DNA of 64,000 nt from an uncultured bacterium (GCA_964597815.1 CAZQZN010000001.1:151965-215964), one strand, 5' to 3'; shown: positions 9,929-20,249, counted from the first letter of the stretch. Translations and numbers: made by a program. Notes: a model not told the origin generated them from the sequence alone.

Positions 9929-10837
9929 TTAGAAAATTTCACTTTTTATGATTTCTAAAATCTTTTCTGTTGCTGAATTTATCCCGGATTCGAGTGCAAT
10001 GGTGTACTTAATATCAAATCTTTTAAACCAGCTAATTTGCCTTTTAGCAAAATTTCTTGTCTTCTTTTTTACCAGTTCTATTGTTTCTTCTTTTGTTAAA
10101 AAGCCGTTTAAATAATCAATAGTTTCTTTATATCCAAGCGCCTGCATCGAAGGCAATTTTTTATCAAAACCCATTTCAAGAAGAGATTTTACTTCATCTA
10201 TTAGCCCTTTTTTGAACATGCAATCAACTCTTTCATTTATTCTTGAATAGATTTTTTCTCTCTCATCATCCAAACAAATCAAAATTAAATCATTGCGTTT
10301 ATTGTTTTTTTGCAAAACAGAAATTCTTTTTCCAGTTTGATAATAAACTTCAAGCGCTCTCATAATTCTTTTTTTGTCATTTTTTGAAATTTTTTCTGCT
10401 GAAAGCGGATCAATGTTTTTTAGTTCATAGTAAAGATCAAAAGTATTTTTTTTGGACAGCATACTTCTTATTTCTAAACTTGGTGGAGCAATTGGGAAAG
10501 AAAAATCGTTTATGAATGCGTTTAGATATAAACCAGTTCCCCCGACAATAAGAGGGATAGAGTCTTTATTTATTATATCTTTTGCTAGCTTATTAGCCTC
10601 TTTCACAAAATAGGAAGCGTTCCATTCTTCATCAGGGCATACAATATCAATTAGATAGTGTTTCACTTTTTCTCTTTGTTCCACATTTGGCTTTGCAGTG
10701 CCAATATCCATATATTTGTAAACTTGCATTGAATCAGCGGAGATTATTTCAAGCGGAAGTTTTGTTCCTAATTCCACTGCGATATCTGTTTTGCCAGAAG
10801 CAGTGGGCCCGAACAAGAGGAATATCTTATTGGTCAT
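9929..10837 (-). CDS. miaA: tRNA dimethylallyltransferase
   Basis: P-loop LLFGPTASGKTDIAVEL plus conserved MiaA core. Confidence 0.9.
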   Translation of the reverse strand: MTNKIFLLFGPTASGKTDIAVELGTKLPLEIISADSMQVYKYMDIGTAKPNVEQREKVKHYLIDIVCPDEEWNASYFVKEANKLAKDIINKDSIPLIVGGTGLYLNAFINDFSFPIAPPSLEIRSMLSKKNTFDLYYELKNIDPLSAEKISKNDKKRIMRALEVYYQTGKRISVLQKNNKRNDLILICLDDEREKIYSRINERVDCMFKKGLIDEVKSLLEMGFDKKLPSMQALGYKETIDYLNGFLTKEETIELVKKKTRNFAKRQISWFKRFDIKYTIALESGINSATEKILEIIKSEIF

Positions 10838-11514
10838 CTTCTTTGTCGAAGAAAAATAAGACGTAAAAGCTGCAAAAGAGCCATTGTTGTTGCTGCTACA
10901 TATGTAAGGGCTGCTGCATCCAATACTTTTTTGCTCATCTGGATTTCTTCCTGTGTTAAATATTTGCTTTCGGAAAGCATAAAAAGTGCTCGTTTGCTTG
11001 CGTTAAATTCAACAGGTAGAGTAAGCACAGTAAAAGCAACAGCTAATGAAAAAAAGATTATTCCCAAATCCATTAGTTGTGGAAAGTTAAAAATCATCCC
11101 CAAAAAGAATAAGGGAATTGCAAGTGTTGATCCAAAGTTTGAAATGGGAACAATGCTTGCCTTGATTTTGAGGGGCAAATATGACTCTTTTTCCTGAACT
11201 GCGTGCGAAACCTCATGAGCTACAATTCCAGCTGCTGCAATTGATCTGCCATAATATATTTCATCAGACAAATTTATGGATTTATCAATTGGGTTATAAT
11301 TGTCTGTTAGTTTCCCGGGTGCCGGCTTAATTTTTATCTCTTGAAGCCCGTTTCTATCAAGAAGATTTCTCGCGAGCGTTTGTCCGTCGATCCCGGAAGA
11401 GCTGTCAATTTTTGAGTATTTTTCAAAATTATAAGAAACCTTAAACTGAGCGTAAAATGCAAACAATAAAGCTGGCAGAAGCATCAAATAAGTTATGTCG
11501 TAATACATAAACAA
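10834..11514 (-). CDS. Membrane-anchored zinc metallopeptidase, YugP-like family
   Basis: HEXXH motif (AHEVSHAVQ), N-terminal TM helix, family-typical length. It overlaps the miaA start by 4 nt. Confidence 0.72.
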   Translation of the reverse strand: MFMYYDITYLMLLPALLFAFYAQFKVSYNFEKYSKIDSSSGIDGQTLARNLLDRNGLQEIKIKPAPGKLTDNYNPIDKSINLSDEIYYGRSIAAAGIVAHEVSHAVQEKESYLPLKIKASIVPISNFGSTLAIPLFFLGMIFNFPQLMDLGIIFFSLAVAFTVLTLPVEFNASKRALFMLSESKYLTQEEIQMSKKVLDAAALTYVAATTMALLQLLRLIFLRQRR

Positions 11515-11531
11515 AGCTCCTTTACAAATTT

Positions 11532-11966
11532 TTAGTTTTCTGTTTTGTTATCGTAAAAAACTGCTATTTCTAGTTTTCTAACAACTTCGATTACTATAAG
11601 TGTAATTAGAGTAACTACTGCCGCACCAAGATAAAAACCACATCCAACCGCTAATCCGATTGCAGCGCAAATCCAAACTGATGTTGCTGTTGTAAGTCCC
11701 TTGATAGCTCCTTCTGCGTGAATTATAGCGCCAGCACCTATAAACCCTGTTGCGGTTATAACTTGGGAAGCAATCCTGCTTACATCTGTGTTTGGGAAAC
11801 TTGTACTTAAAAATATCGAAATTAACATAAATAGCGTTGAACCAACGCATACCAACATATGGGTTCTTAGCCCAGCGGCTTTTTTGTCTTTTTCTCTAAC
11901 GAATCCAATTGCCCCACCAAGAAAAGCGGATAACAAAAGCTGACCAATTATTGCCTTTTCATCCAT
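11532..11966 (-). CDS. MgtC/SapB family membrane protein
   Basis: The N-terminal MgtC signature LLLSAFLGGAIGFVREKDKKAAGLRTHMLVCVGSTLFMLIS. Confidence 0.85.
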   Translation of the reverse strand: MDEKAIIGQLLLSAFLGGAIGFVREKDKKAAGLRTHMLVCVGSTLFMLISIFLSTSFPNTDVSRIASQVITATGFIGAGAIIHAEGAIKGLTTATSVWICAAIGLAVGCGFYLGAAVVTLITLIVIEVVRKLEIAVFYDNKTEN

Positions 11967-11981
11967 AAAATTCTCCCAATT

Positions 11982-12488
11982 CTATTCAAGTTTAAATCCA
12001 CCGTGTTTTTTAAAATGTTCAACCAATCCGCCATCATTTAGCAAAGTTTGCATGGTTTTTGGAAAAGGCTTAATTTTTATTTCAAAGTTTTTGGTTTTAT
12101 CGATTAAGATTCCTTTGTCCAGATCGATTTCTATTTCATCTCCATCTTCAATTTCATCAGTATCACACTCAATTAAAGGTAGTCCCAGATTAAAACAATT
12201 TCTATAAAATATTCTTGCGAATGATTTTGCTATTACGGCAGATATACCAGCGTATTTAATGGCCATAGGTGCTTGTTCTCTTGATGATCCACACCCAAAA
12301 TTTTTCCCAGCGACTATGAAATCGCCTTTTTTTATCTTTGAGAAAAAATCTGGATCTAAATCTTCCATAACATGTTTTGCAAGTTCAAAAGGATCTTGAA
12401 TATTAAATTTATATCGGCCTGAAATTATATAATCCGTGTTGATATCGTCAACTATTTTTGTTCTTCTTGAAAATCCTTTTAATAACAC
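11982..12488 (-). CDS. leuD: 3-isopropylmalate dehydratase small subunit (archaeal-type short LeuD / aconitase swivel domain)
   Basis: GKNFGCGSSREQAPMAIKYAGISAVIAKSFARIFYRNCFNLGLPL; about 165 aa. Confidence 0.85.
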   Translation of the reverse strand: MLLKGFSRRTKIVDDINTDYIISGRYKFNIQDPFELAKHVMEDLDPDFFSKIKKGDFIVAGKNFGCGSSREQAPMAIKYAGISAVIAKSFARIFYRNCFNLGLPLIECDTDEIEDGDEIEIDLDKGILIDKTKNFEIKIKPFPKTMQTLLNDGGLVEHFKKHGGFKLE

Positions 12489-12768
12489 TATCTGAAAACC
12501 TCCTCACAAAAAAATCTGTTCCCCAAATTATTCCAACTCCAAACAAAGAAGCAATTGCTAATTTTTCAAACTCTATTTTTGGCAATTCAACATTCAGATA
12601 TCTTGCCTTTTGTTCTTCCCAAACTTTTTTTATTTGTTCAAATTCATTAGTTTTAACAGCATTTAGCGAAAAACTTGTGTTTTCCGCTGATATTTTTGGA
12701 TACGGCATGAACAACGCTAAAATTAGACAGATTATTGCTGCAATAATAAGCCATTTTGCATCTATCAT
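12448..12768 (-). CDS. Hypothetical small membrane protein inserted between leuC and leuD
   Basis: The 106-aa ORF has an N-terminal TM helix. Its start is 3 nt after the leuC stop and its 3' end overlaps the leuD start by 41 nt. There is no homology evidence. Confidence 0.35.
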   Translation of the reverse strand: MIDAKWLIIAAIICLILALFMPYPKISAENTSFSLNAVKTNEFEQIKKVWEEQKARYLNVELPKIEFEKLAIASLFGVGIIWGTDFFVRRFSDSVIKRIFKKNKNS

Positions 12769-12771
12769 ACT

Positions 12772-14025
12772 TTACAAATATTTTCTCGGGTCAGTTATTT
12801 TCCCTTCGATTGCTGATGCCGCAACAGTTGCAGGAGAACCAAGATATATTTCAGCTTTATTATTCCCCATTCTGCCTTTAAAATTTCTATTTGCTGTTGA
12901 TAAAACTTTTTCTCCGTCCGATGGCACACCATTGTGTGTTCCAACACATGGACCGCAGCCGGGAGTTACAAAAACTCCTCCAGATTCTAATATGCATTGG
13001 ACTATTCCTTTTTTGATTGCTTCAACAAATATGCTTTTTGATGCAGGAGCAACAATCAATCTGCAATCTTTGTGGATTTTTTTGCCTTTTAAAATTCTTG
13101 CCGCTATTTCAAGATCTTCCAATCTGCCGTTGGTACAAGTGCCAATAAACGCTTGTTGTATTTCTAATCCTTCAACTGCTTCAATAGGAGAAACATTATC
13201 AACAGTATGAGGTTTTGCTATCTGGGGTGAAATTTTAGAAACATCAATTGAGACAATGTCTTTGTATACAGCGTCTTTATCTGGCTCAACAGGAATAAAA
13301 GATTTTTTTGAATGAGATCTCACCCAATTTTCAACTTTTTTATCGGCTTTCATAATTCCCGCTTTTGCGCCCATCTCAATTGCCATATTTGAGATCGTAA
13401 ATCTTGCGTCAACTGACAAATCTTCTATTGCAGGACCATCAAACTCTGCCGCCAAATATGTTGCTCCGTCTGCTCCTATATCACCGATAATTTTTAAAAT
13501 AAGATCTTTTGAATACACACCTTTTGGCCATTTGCCGGAAACAAAAAATTTTATTGTTTCAGGAACTTTAAACCATAATTTTCCGCTGATCATTCCAGCG
13601 GCGAGATCGGTTGACCCAATTCCTGTTGAGAAGACATTTATTGCTCCGTATGTACATGTGTGTGAATCAGCTCCAATTACTAAATTGCCCGGAACAACAA
13701 AGCCCATCTCAGGTGTTATTTGGTGACAAACTCCGCAGCCAATATCAAAAAGATGAATACCTTGAAACTTTGCAAAATCTCTGATTTTTTTGTGTATTGC
13801 CGAAACTCCCTCATTAGGAGGTGGGGCGCTGTGGTCAATAATAATTGCTATTTTTTCTGGATTAAAAACTTTTTTGCCTTCCATTTTGTTAAAAACATCA
13901 ATTGCAACTCCGCTTGTGCCATCTTGTCCGATCATAAAATCCAAATCTGCAATAACAATTTCTCCAGCGATTGCATCTTTGCGGCTGTGTGATGACAAAA
14001 TTTTTTCTGAGATTGTTTTGCCCAT
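12772..14025 (-). CDS. leuC: 3-isopropylmalate dehydratase large subunit (archaeal-type LeuC / homoaconitase family)
   Basis: Aconitase-family Fe-S ligand region GTCTNGRLEDL...PGCGPCVG. Confidence 0.88.
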   Translation of the reverse strand: MGKTISEKILSSHSRKDAIAGEIVIADLDFMIGQDGTSGVAIDVFNKMEGKKVFNPEKIAIIIDHSAPPPNEGVSAIHKKIRDFAKFQGIHLFDIGCGVCHQITPEMGFVVPGNLVIGADSHTCTYGAINVFSTGIGSTDLAAGMISGKLWFKVPETIKFFVSGKWPKGVYSKDLILKIIGDIGADGATYLAAEFDGPAIEDLSVDARFTISNMAIEMGAKAGIMKADKKVENWVRSHSKKSFIPVEPDKDAVYKDIVSIDVSKISPQIAKPHTVDNVSPIEAVEGLEIQQAFIGTCTNGRLEDLEIAARILKGKKIHKDCRLIVAPASKSIFVEAIKKGIVQCILESGGVFVTPGCGPCVGTHNGVPSDGEKVLSTANRNFKGRMGNNKAEIYLGSPATVAASAIEGKITDPRKYL

Positions 14026-14035
14026 ACTAAATATA

Positions 14036-15025
14036 TTATATATTCTTTTTGGTCTTAATTTTTAGCAGTTTTTTTGCTTTTTCTATCAAGTATTTTTCAA
14101 GATTTGGCGTGGAGATGACTTCTTTTAGAAGTGGTATTGCTTTTTTGTTATCAGAAATTTCGGCGAGATCGATTTTTGCTCTTGCAACAAGGTCAATATC
14201 GGCATTTTTATTTCCTATTATTCCCATAAATATTCCTGTTGCTCGTGATTTATCATATCTGGCCATTCTTCTTGTTATGTATTCTCCTTGGAGAAGCTTT
14301 GCTTTTACAGATATGTAGTCATTTGGTTTGTCTTTAATTAACTCAATTGCATTAAGGCAAGATTTTAATTCCGCATTTATATCTGTATTTTTTTCATATA
14401 ACAAAAGTTCTGCGTGATCAACTATTGCTCTTGCCCTAAAATAGGGATCTGCTAAATCGTCTTCTTTAAGCTCTTCGAGAAGCTTTAAGGCCCTTTTTTT
14501 GTCTTCTGTTTTACCTTTCTTCATCAAAAGTTCCGCTTCAACAACCAAACATTTTGAAGAATAATAGTCGCTTTTGCCGACAAGTTCTGAAAGATTTTTA
14601 TACGCTTTTCTTGCAAGTTCGATAGCTTCATCGATTTCGCTGGGTTTTTCTGATCTTATAGCAAGCTCAGCTTTGCCAACCATTGCTGCCGCTCTTAAAT
14701 AACCATAGGTTGCATGTTCTATTACAAAGTCATAATGTGTTTTGGCTTCACGCCAATCGCCGGGGTCATCCCTTGTAATCAACAAATCGGCAAGTCCAAA
14801 TCTTATTTCTGAAGTGTTAAGTCCGCCGGAGACGAACCTTAACATTTTTCTATACTTATTAATAAGCCTGTTTAAACGTTCCTTTTCCCCAACGGCTGCT
14901 ATGGTCGTTTGGACAAGATGAGATAGTATTGGTGATAAAGTGCCTCTCAATTTATTCTCTTGATAATTAATTCTACCTACTGTAAAATATATTGTCAAAT
15001 GATAACACAGAGCAGGAAGCAACAA
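14036..15025 (-). CDS. TPR-like helical repeat protein (hypothetical). The true start is probably the internal Met at 14845.
   Basis: Amphipathic helical repeats. Using the 15025 start would overlap the divergent rnc gene, whereas Met61 (nt 14845) leaves about 150 bp of divergent promoter space. Confidence 0.55.
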   Translation of the reverse strand: MLLPALCYHLTIYFTVGRINYQENKLRGTLSPILSHLVQTTIAAVGEKERLNRLINKYRKMLRFVSGGLNTSEIRFGLADLLITRDDPGDWREAKTHYDFVIEHATYGYLRAAAMVGKAELAIRSEKPSEIDEAIELARKAYKNLSELVGKSDYYSSKCLVVEAELLMKKGKTEDKKRALKLLEELKEDDLADPYFRARAIVDHAELLLYEKNTDINAELKSCLNAIELIKDKPNDYISVKAKLLQGEYITRRMARYDKSRATGIFMGIIGNKNADIDLVARAKIDLAEISDNKKAIPLLKEVISTPNLEKYLIEKAKKLLKIKTKKNI

Positions 15026-15772
15026 CTGCAGGAGATTGAAAAAAAACTTGGCACAAAATTTATTTCCTTTGATTTGATAGACAGGGCTTTAACTCACAGC
15101 AGTTTTGTCAACGAAAATAAAAGAAAAGATTTGTCCGACAATGAAAGAATAGAATTTTTGGGCGATGCAGTACTAAAGCTTGCTGTTTCCGATTACTTAT
15201 ATTTACACTATCCTGAAAAAAACGAGGGAGATCTCACAAAAATTAGGGCTGCAGTAGTATCAGATCTTTCGCTTTCTGAAAAAGCAAAAAACTTAAATAT
15301 TGGGCAGTATTTATTGCTTGGTGAAAATGAAAAACTATCTGGCGGCGACAAAAAAAAATCTAATTTGGCAAACGCTTTAGAAGCAATTATTGCATCGATT
15401 TATCTTGATTCTGGTTTGGAAGAAGCGAAAAAAGTTGTGATAAATTTATTAAAAGATGACATTGAAAAAGCCGCTTCAGAAGGATTTATAATAGATTATA
15501 AAAGCGCTTTGCAGGAACTTTGCCAAAAAAATAAATGGGGGCTTCCGTTTTATAAGGTCTTAAAAGAATTAGGGCCAAAGCACAACAGAATTTTTTTGGT
15601 AGAAGTGAGAATCAAAGGGCTAGGATATGGTTTTGGTAGAGGCCGAACTAAAAAAGAAGCAGAACAAAGCGCTGCAAAAACTGCTTTGACAAAAGTGAAA
15701 AATAGCGGATTGAAAGAACCATTTTTCAAGAATGTGATTTTCGGGCTTTTAGGAAAGAAAGGCAAACAATGA
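14999..15772 (+). CDS. rnc: Ribonuclease III
   Basis: RNase III signature ERLEFLGDAVL and a C-terminal dsRBD. The start is taken at MITQSRK rather than the upstream ATG at 14960. Confidence 0.9.
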   Translation: MITQSRKQQLQEIEKKLGTKFISFDLIDRALTHSSFVNENKRKDLSDNERIEFLGDAVLKLAVSDYLYLHYPEKNEGDLTKIRAAVVSDLSLSEKAKNLNIGQYLLLGENEKLSGGDKKKSNLANALEAIIASIYLDSGLEEAKKVVINLLKDDIEKAASEGFIIDYKSALQELCQKNKWGLPFYKVLKELGPKHNRIFLVEVRIKGLGYGFGRGRTKKEAEQSAAKTALTKVKNSGLKEPFFKNVIFGLLGKKGKQ

Positions 15773-17058
15773 TTTTTCTGATAAAAGGCGGCGTTGTGGT
15801 GAATCCGGCAAGCGGATTGGTTGAACAAAGGGATATTCTCATTGAAGGTGAAAAGATAAGAGAAGTTTCAAAAAATATAAACGTTAGCCTTCAATGTGAA
15901 AAAATAGATGTTTCTGGCAAGTATATTTTCCCTGGGTTGATAGATATGCATGTTCATTTGAGAGACCCCGGTATGGCAGACAAAGAGACAATCGAAACCG
16001 GCACAAGAGCTGCTGCTGTTGGCGGATTTACCAGTGTTGCTTGCATGGCAAATACTGATCCTGTTGCTGATAATGAGTCAGTAATTGAATATATTATTGC
16101 AAAATCCCAAAAAAGCGGGGTTGTTAATGTATTTCCTATAGGAGCGATCACAAAAGGCTTAAAAGGCGAACAGATTGCTGAGATTGGGAAAATGTATTTT
16201 GCAGGAGCTGTTGCTTTCTCGGATGATGGAAGATGTGTTATGAATTCTTTGGTTATGAGATATGCGTTTGAATATGCAAGACAGTTTAATTGTCCAATTA
16301 TTTCCCATTGTGAAGATCATAATCTTTCTGATGGAGGTTTGATGAATGAGAGTTATTTATCCACTATATTGGGATTAAAGGGAATTCCTCCGCTTGCTGA
16401 AGAAATCATGGTTCAGAGAGAAATTTTGCTTGCACAGGAATTTGGACATGTTCACATTGCACATGTTTCAACCGCAAAATCCGTTGAAATGATAAGACAG
16501 GCAAAAGCAAAAGGGATAAAAGTTACATGTGAAACCGCGCCTCATTATTTTACTCTTACCGAAGCAGCTGTTGAAAACTATAACACAAATGCAAAAGTTA
16601 ATCCTCCTTTAAGAAGCGAAACCGACATAAAAGCGATCATTGAAGGATTAAAAGACGGGACAATAGATGCTATAGCCAGTGATCATGCACCACATACTTT
16701 TGAAGATAAAAATGTGGAATTTGCATTAGCGGCAAACGGAATTTCCGGGCTTGAAACCACTTTGGGAATTGTGATTTCTGAACTCGTTGAAACAAAAGAA
16801 CTTTCTCTATTGGATGCAGTTTCAAAATTGACAATCAATCCTGCAATGATAATTGGCTTAAACAAAGGACAGATCAAACAAGGAGCTGATGCTGATTTGA
16901 CAATAGTTGATTTAAACAAAGAATGGACCGTTGACGCCTCAAAGTTTGTTTCAAAAGGCAAAAACACACCTTTTGACGGCTGGAAACTAAAAGGCAAAGT
17001 AATTCACACAATTGTAGGCGGCAAATTTATAGTAAAAGATTCAGTTTTAGTGTGTTAA
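15769..17058 (+). CDS. pyrC: Dihydroorotase (cyclic amidohydrolase family)
   Basis: DMHVHLRDPG metal-binding motif and a later HVSTAKS-type His, and ASDHAPH. It overlaps the rnc stop by 4 nt. Confidence 0.85.
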   Translation: MIFLIKGGVVVNPASGLVEQRDILIEGEKIREVSKNINVSLQCEKIDVSGKYIFPGLIDMHVHLRDPGMADKETIETGTRAAAVGGFTSVACMANTDPVADNESVIEYIIAKSQKSGVVNVFPIGAITKGLKGEQIAEIGKMYFAGAVAFSDDGRCVMNSLVMRYAFEYARQFNCPIISHCEDHNLSDGGLMNESYLSTILGLKGIPPLAEEIMVQREILLAQEFGHVHIAHVSTAKSVEMIRQAKAKGIKVTCETAPHYFTLTEAAVENYNTNAKVNPPLRSETDIKAIIEGLKDGTIDAIASDHAPHTFEDKNVEFALAANGISGLETTLGIVISELVETKELSLLDAVSKLTINPAMIIGLNKGQIKQGADADLTIVDLNKEWTVDASKFVSKGKNTPFDGWKLKGKVIHTIVGGKFIVKDSVLVC

Positions 17059-17127
17059 TCCAATCTTGATCAATATTTTCCCCGTCTGGCATGAAAATTG
17101 CTGTTTGTGGGTTTGGTATAGCAAGTC

Positions 17128-18183
17128 ATGAAAAAAATATTTTTTTCAGTGATAATTTTAATGTGTTTTGCTGTTTTTCTTTCATCGTGTGCCGGAAATT
17201 TCGGACAACAAGATGAAAAAGAGATTAATAAAAAAGATGAGCTAGAGGAAAACATTGTTGCAACACCCAAAATTGAAACATCTCAAACTTCTGAAGCTAT
17301 AAAAGTTTTTGGCTATCCTCAAAACACGGATGAAATCAATAATCAAGAGCAATATCGCCAAATTTTTGAGAATTTTACTGTAAAAAATATAGATGCGAGG
17401 AAAGCCTGTGAAATTTTTGCAAAAATTTTCCCTGAAGCAAGTTTTACTGAAGGGGCAAGGAGCAATCAAATAATAGTGAAAGCTATGCCGGTTGATATTG
17501 TCAGGATAAGAAAATTGTTTTCTTCAATTGATGTTCCTGTTCATCAGGTTATTATTGAAAGCCAGATTTTAGAATTGACGAAAAGCGATTTTGAAAACTT
17601 TGGATTTAGTTGGAATATTTCAAGAAATGGGATGAAAATGGCAGTAGAAAATTCGGCTATTCAATCAGACAAGATATATGCAACAATAAATGCGTTAAAA
17701 AGCAACGGGAAGGCGCGGTTGATCGCAAATCCAAGCATTGCGACAATTGATAATCAGGAAGCAAGTGTAAACATTGGCAGTAAAATTCCTTTTGCCGTTC
17801 CAGTAAATTCAACTTCCCAAGGAATGCAATGGACTATACAATATATTGACGCTGGGGTTTCATTAAAAATAACTCCAAAATTGGCTGATAATGATTACAT
17901 AATAGTTTCTGTAAATCCAGAAGTCAGCTCTATTTCAGAATGGAGGACAACTGCGGCCGGTGAATTTCCTGTCATATCAACTAGAAACGCCAGCACAAAA
18001 ATAAGAATTAAAAACGGGCAAACAATAGTGATTGCAGGACTGATAAATGAAACAGACAGAAAAAATATGTCAAAAATTCCAATAGCAGGCGATATGCCGA
18101 TTTTAGGGGCATTGTTTTCACAACAAACATTGGAAGAAGGGAATTCCGAGATTGTTTTTCTTATTAGGCCGCGAATAATATGA
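17128..18183 (+). CDS. Short secretin-family outer-membrane lipoprotein (one N domain plus secretin C domain)
   Basis: Lipobox FLSSCAGN. The C-terminal secretin domain reads ...GQTIVIAGLINETDRKNMSKIPIAGDMPILGALFSQQTLEEGNSEIVFLIRPRII. Confidence 0.8.
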   Translation: MKKIFFSVIILMCFAVFLSSCAGNFGQQDEKEINKKDELEENIVATPKIETSQTSEAIKVFGYPQNTDEINNQEQYRQIFENFTVKNIDARKACEIFAKIFPEASFTEGARSNQIIVKAMPVDIVRIRKLFSSIDVPVHQVIIESQILELTKSDFENFGFSWNISRNGMKMAVENSAIQSDKIYATINALKSNGKARLIANPSIATIDNQEASVNIGSKIPFAVPVNSTSQGMQWTIQYIDAGVSLKITPKLADNDYIIVSVNPEVSSISEWRTTAAGEFPVISTRNASTKIRIKNGQTIVIAGLINETDRKNMSKIPIAGDMPILGALFSQQTLEEGNSEIVFLIRPRII

Positions 18184-18212
18184 TGATTGCTAAAACTATT
18201 ATATAATGTTTA

Positions 18213-20249
18213 TTGATGCCAAAGAACCAATTACAATCTTCAGAAAAAATAGAAAGAATAAGGATAATACCATTTTTATTGTCCCTATCTTTTTTTGTTA
18301 TTGGTATTGTCTTATTGTGGTTTGGTTTAACTCTATCATCTGATCCTCTTTTTTTCGACTTTGTTAAAACTTATTTGAAAGATCTTCGTCCAACTCCAGC
18401 CATGCTTGAACAAATAGATTACAAAATTTTCGCTATTGCAGACATTTTCAAAAAGGCAGGATTATTTCTGTCGATTATTTCTTTCATTTTGGCTTATTTA
18501 ATTTTGAAGGGATTTGTGCCTTTTGGAAAAATTAAGATTTTTTTGGAAAAAATTTATGTTAATTTCGGAGGAAAAGCAGGGATTAGAAAAATAAGTTTTA
18601 TTATTGGTGCGTCAACAATATTCCTTTGTGGGTATATTCTAATTTTATTTTCAATGGGCCTCAAATTTTTTGGCATAACAATGACAAGATATCATTTTCC
18701 TTTGGCACTGGGTTTAACAATAGTTTCTATGCTTATGCTCTCAAAGTTTTTTTTCAATCGTGAATATATCAAGATGTTTGTTGTTTCAATGGCTGTTTTT
18801 GTTTTTATGTTTTTAATTTCGTTTTTATTTGGGAATTTGTTTTATGATACAGCTTTTGATAGTTTAGCATATCATCAGGAAATCATAATCAGATTAACGC
18901 AAGGCTGGGATTTATATTCATTAAATAATCCTTTGCACACAAAGGATTTTATTAACAGCCATACTTATACTCAAACTAAAGCGGCTGAAATTTGTTCTGC
19001 TTCTCTTGTAAAGTTTGACGGGCTTATAGAATCTGGCAAAATCTTCAATTTTCTCATGATTTTTTCTTCGTTTTTCATTGCTTTTTATGCGGCAACTGTT
19101 TTTCCGTGGATAAGTATTAGAGTTGCAACATTGATTTCCGCTTTGTTGGCTTTTAACCCAGTGTCAGTCTATCAGAGCGCAAGTTATTATATTGATGGAC
19201 AGTTATCGTCAATATTGCTTTGCTTATTTTCGTTGGCAGTAATCCTTCTGACGGAGAAAAAATTTCTTTATGTATTTTTCATTTTTCTATCAATCATTAT
19301 TGCTTCCAATCTTAAACTTACTGGTCTTGTGTATTCTTTTGTTGTTGCTTCAATTTTGGCTGTTTTGCTGTTTTTCAGAGAAGATTTTAAGATGTTTTTT
19401 GCTTCTTCTTTAATGTTTCTTTCAGCCGCACTAATTGCCATTTTTTTAGTTGGTTTTAATCCATATGTTACAAATCATATTTATCATGGCCATATTTTTT
19501 ATCCATTTTTTTGTAAGAATCCTGTGCAAGTTATAGAACATGCGCCTCCAAGCATGAAAGGCAAAAATCAAATAGAAAAAGCATTTGCATCAATTTTTTC
19601 TGAGTGTGAAAATTTTTATGTAGGTCATTTAACTGAATATTCTTTCAAATTTCCTCTTTTTGTTTCTGCACATGAGCTAACCTGTTTTGCTAATACTGAC
19701 ACAAGGGCTTCCGGATTTGGTCCATTATTTGCCGCAATGTTTATTGTTTCGTTGTTAGTTATTTTTTCAATCATTTTTATTGATTGGAAAACAGGAGCGA
19801 TAATTTCCCTTTTCTTTTTATGGATACTGGCAAGTGGTTTTATTATAACTGAGCCTTGGTGGGCAAGATTTGTGCCTCAAATTTATTTTGCTCCAATATC
19901 CACAATTTTGGTATCTTATAAATTTAACTCGAAAGTTTTAAAATTTTTAAGGAATTTTTTGTTATTTTTGGCAATAGCAAATATACTGTTAATCTCAATG
20001 GTTTATTACACATCTCAATACGCAACTTCGGCTTCACTTGAAAGGCAATTAAAAGAAACTGCAAATTCTTATAAAAAAATATATATTTATTTCCCTTATG
20101 GAACATTTGCTTCTCTTTATAGATTAAAAAGTGCCGGGATAGATGCAGTGCCTGTTGACGCAAATTATTTTAAAGAAGCGCCGCAAAAAATCTCTGCTGA
20201 CTTTTTTTCCGGATTTTTTATTGGTGAAAAGAAAGAAAACCAAAAGTGA
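18213..20249 (+). CDS. Large polytopic membrane protein (>=12 predicted TM helices); candidate GT-C-fold glycosyltransferase of a Gtr/Arn-like system
   Basis: 678 aa and strongly hydrophobic throughout, with a periplasmic-loop D-rich segment after TM1. It is 30 nt from the secretin and overlaps the downstream GT2 by 4 nt. The GT-C assignment is inferred from context. Confidence 0.5.
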   Translation: MMPKNQLQSSEKIERIRIIPFLLSLSFFVIGIVLLWFGLTLSSDPLFFDFVKTYLKDLRPTPAMLEQIDYKIFAIADIFKKAGLFLSIISFILAYLILKGFVPFGKIKIFLEKIYVNFGGKAGIRKISFIIGASTIFLCGYILILFSMGLKFFGITMTRYHFPLALGLTIVSMLMLSKFFFNREYIKMFVVSMAVFVFMFLISFLFGNLFYDTAFDSLAYHQEIIIRLTQGWDLYSLNNPLHTKDFINSHTYTQTKAAEICSASLVKFDGLIESGKIFNFLMIFSSFFIAFYAATVFPWISIRVATLISALLAFNPVSVYQSASYYIDGQLSSILLCLFSLAVILLTEKKFLYVFFIFLSIIIASNLKLTGLVYSFVVASILAVLLFFREDFKMFFASSLMFLSAALIAIFLVGFNPYVTNHIYHGHIFYPFFCKNPVQVIEHAPPSMKGKNQIEKAFASIFSECENFYVGHLTEYSFKFPLFVSAHELTCFANTDTRASGFGPLFAAMFIVSLLVIFSIIFIDWKTGAIISLFFLWILASGFIITEPWWARFVPQIYFAPISTILVSYKFNSKVLKFLRNFLLFLAIANILLISMVYYTSQYATSASLERQLKETANSYKKIYIYFPYGTFASLYRLKSAGIDAVPVDANYFKEAPQKISADFFSGFFIGEKKENQK

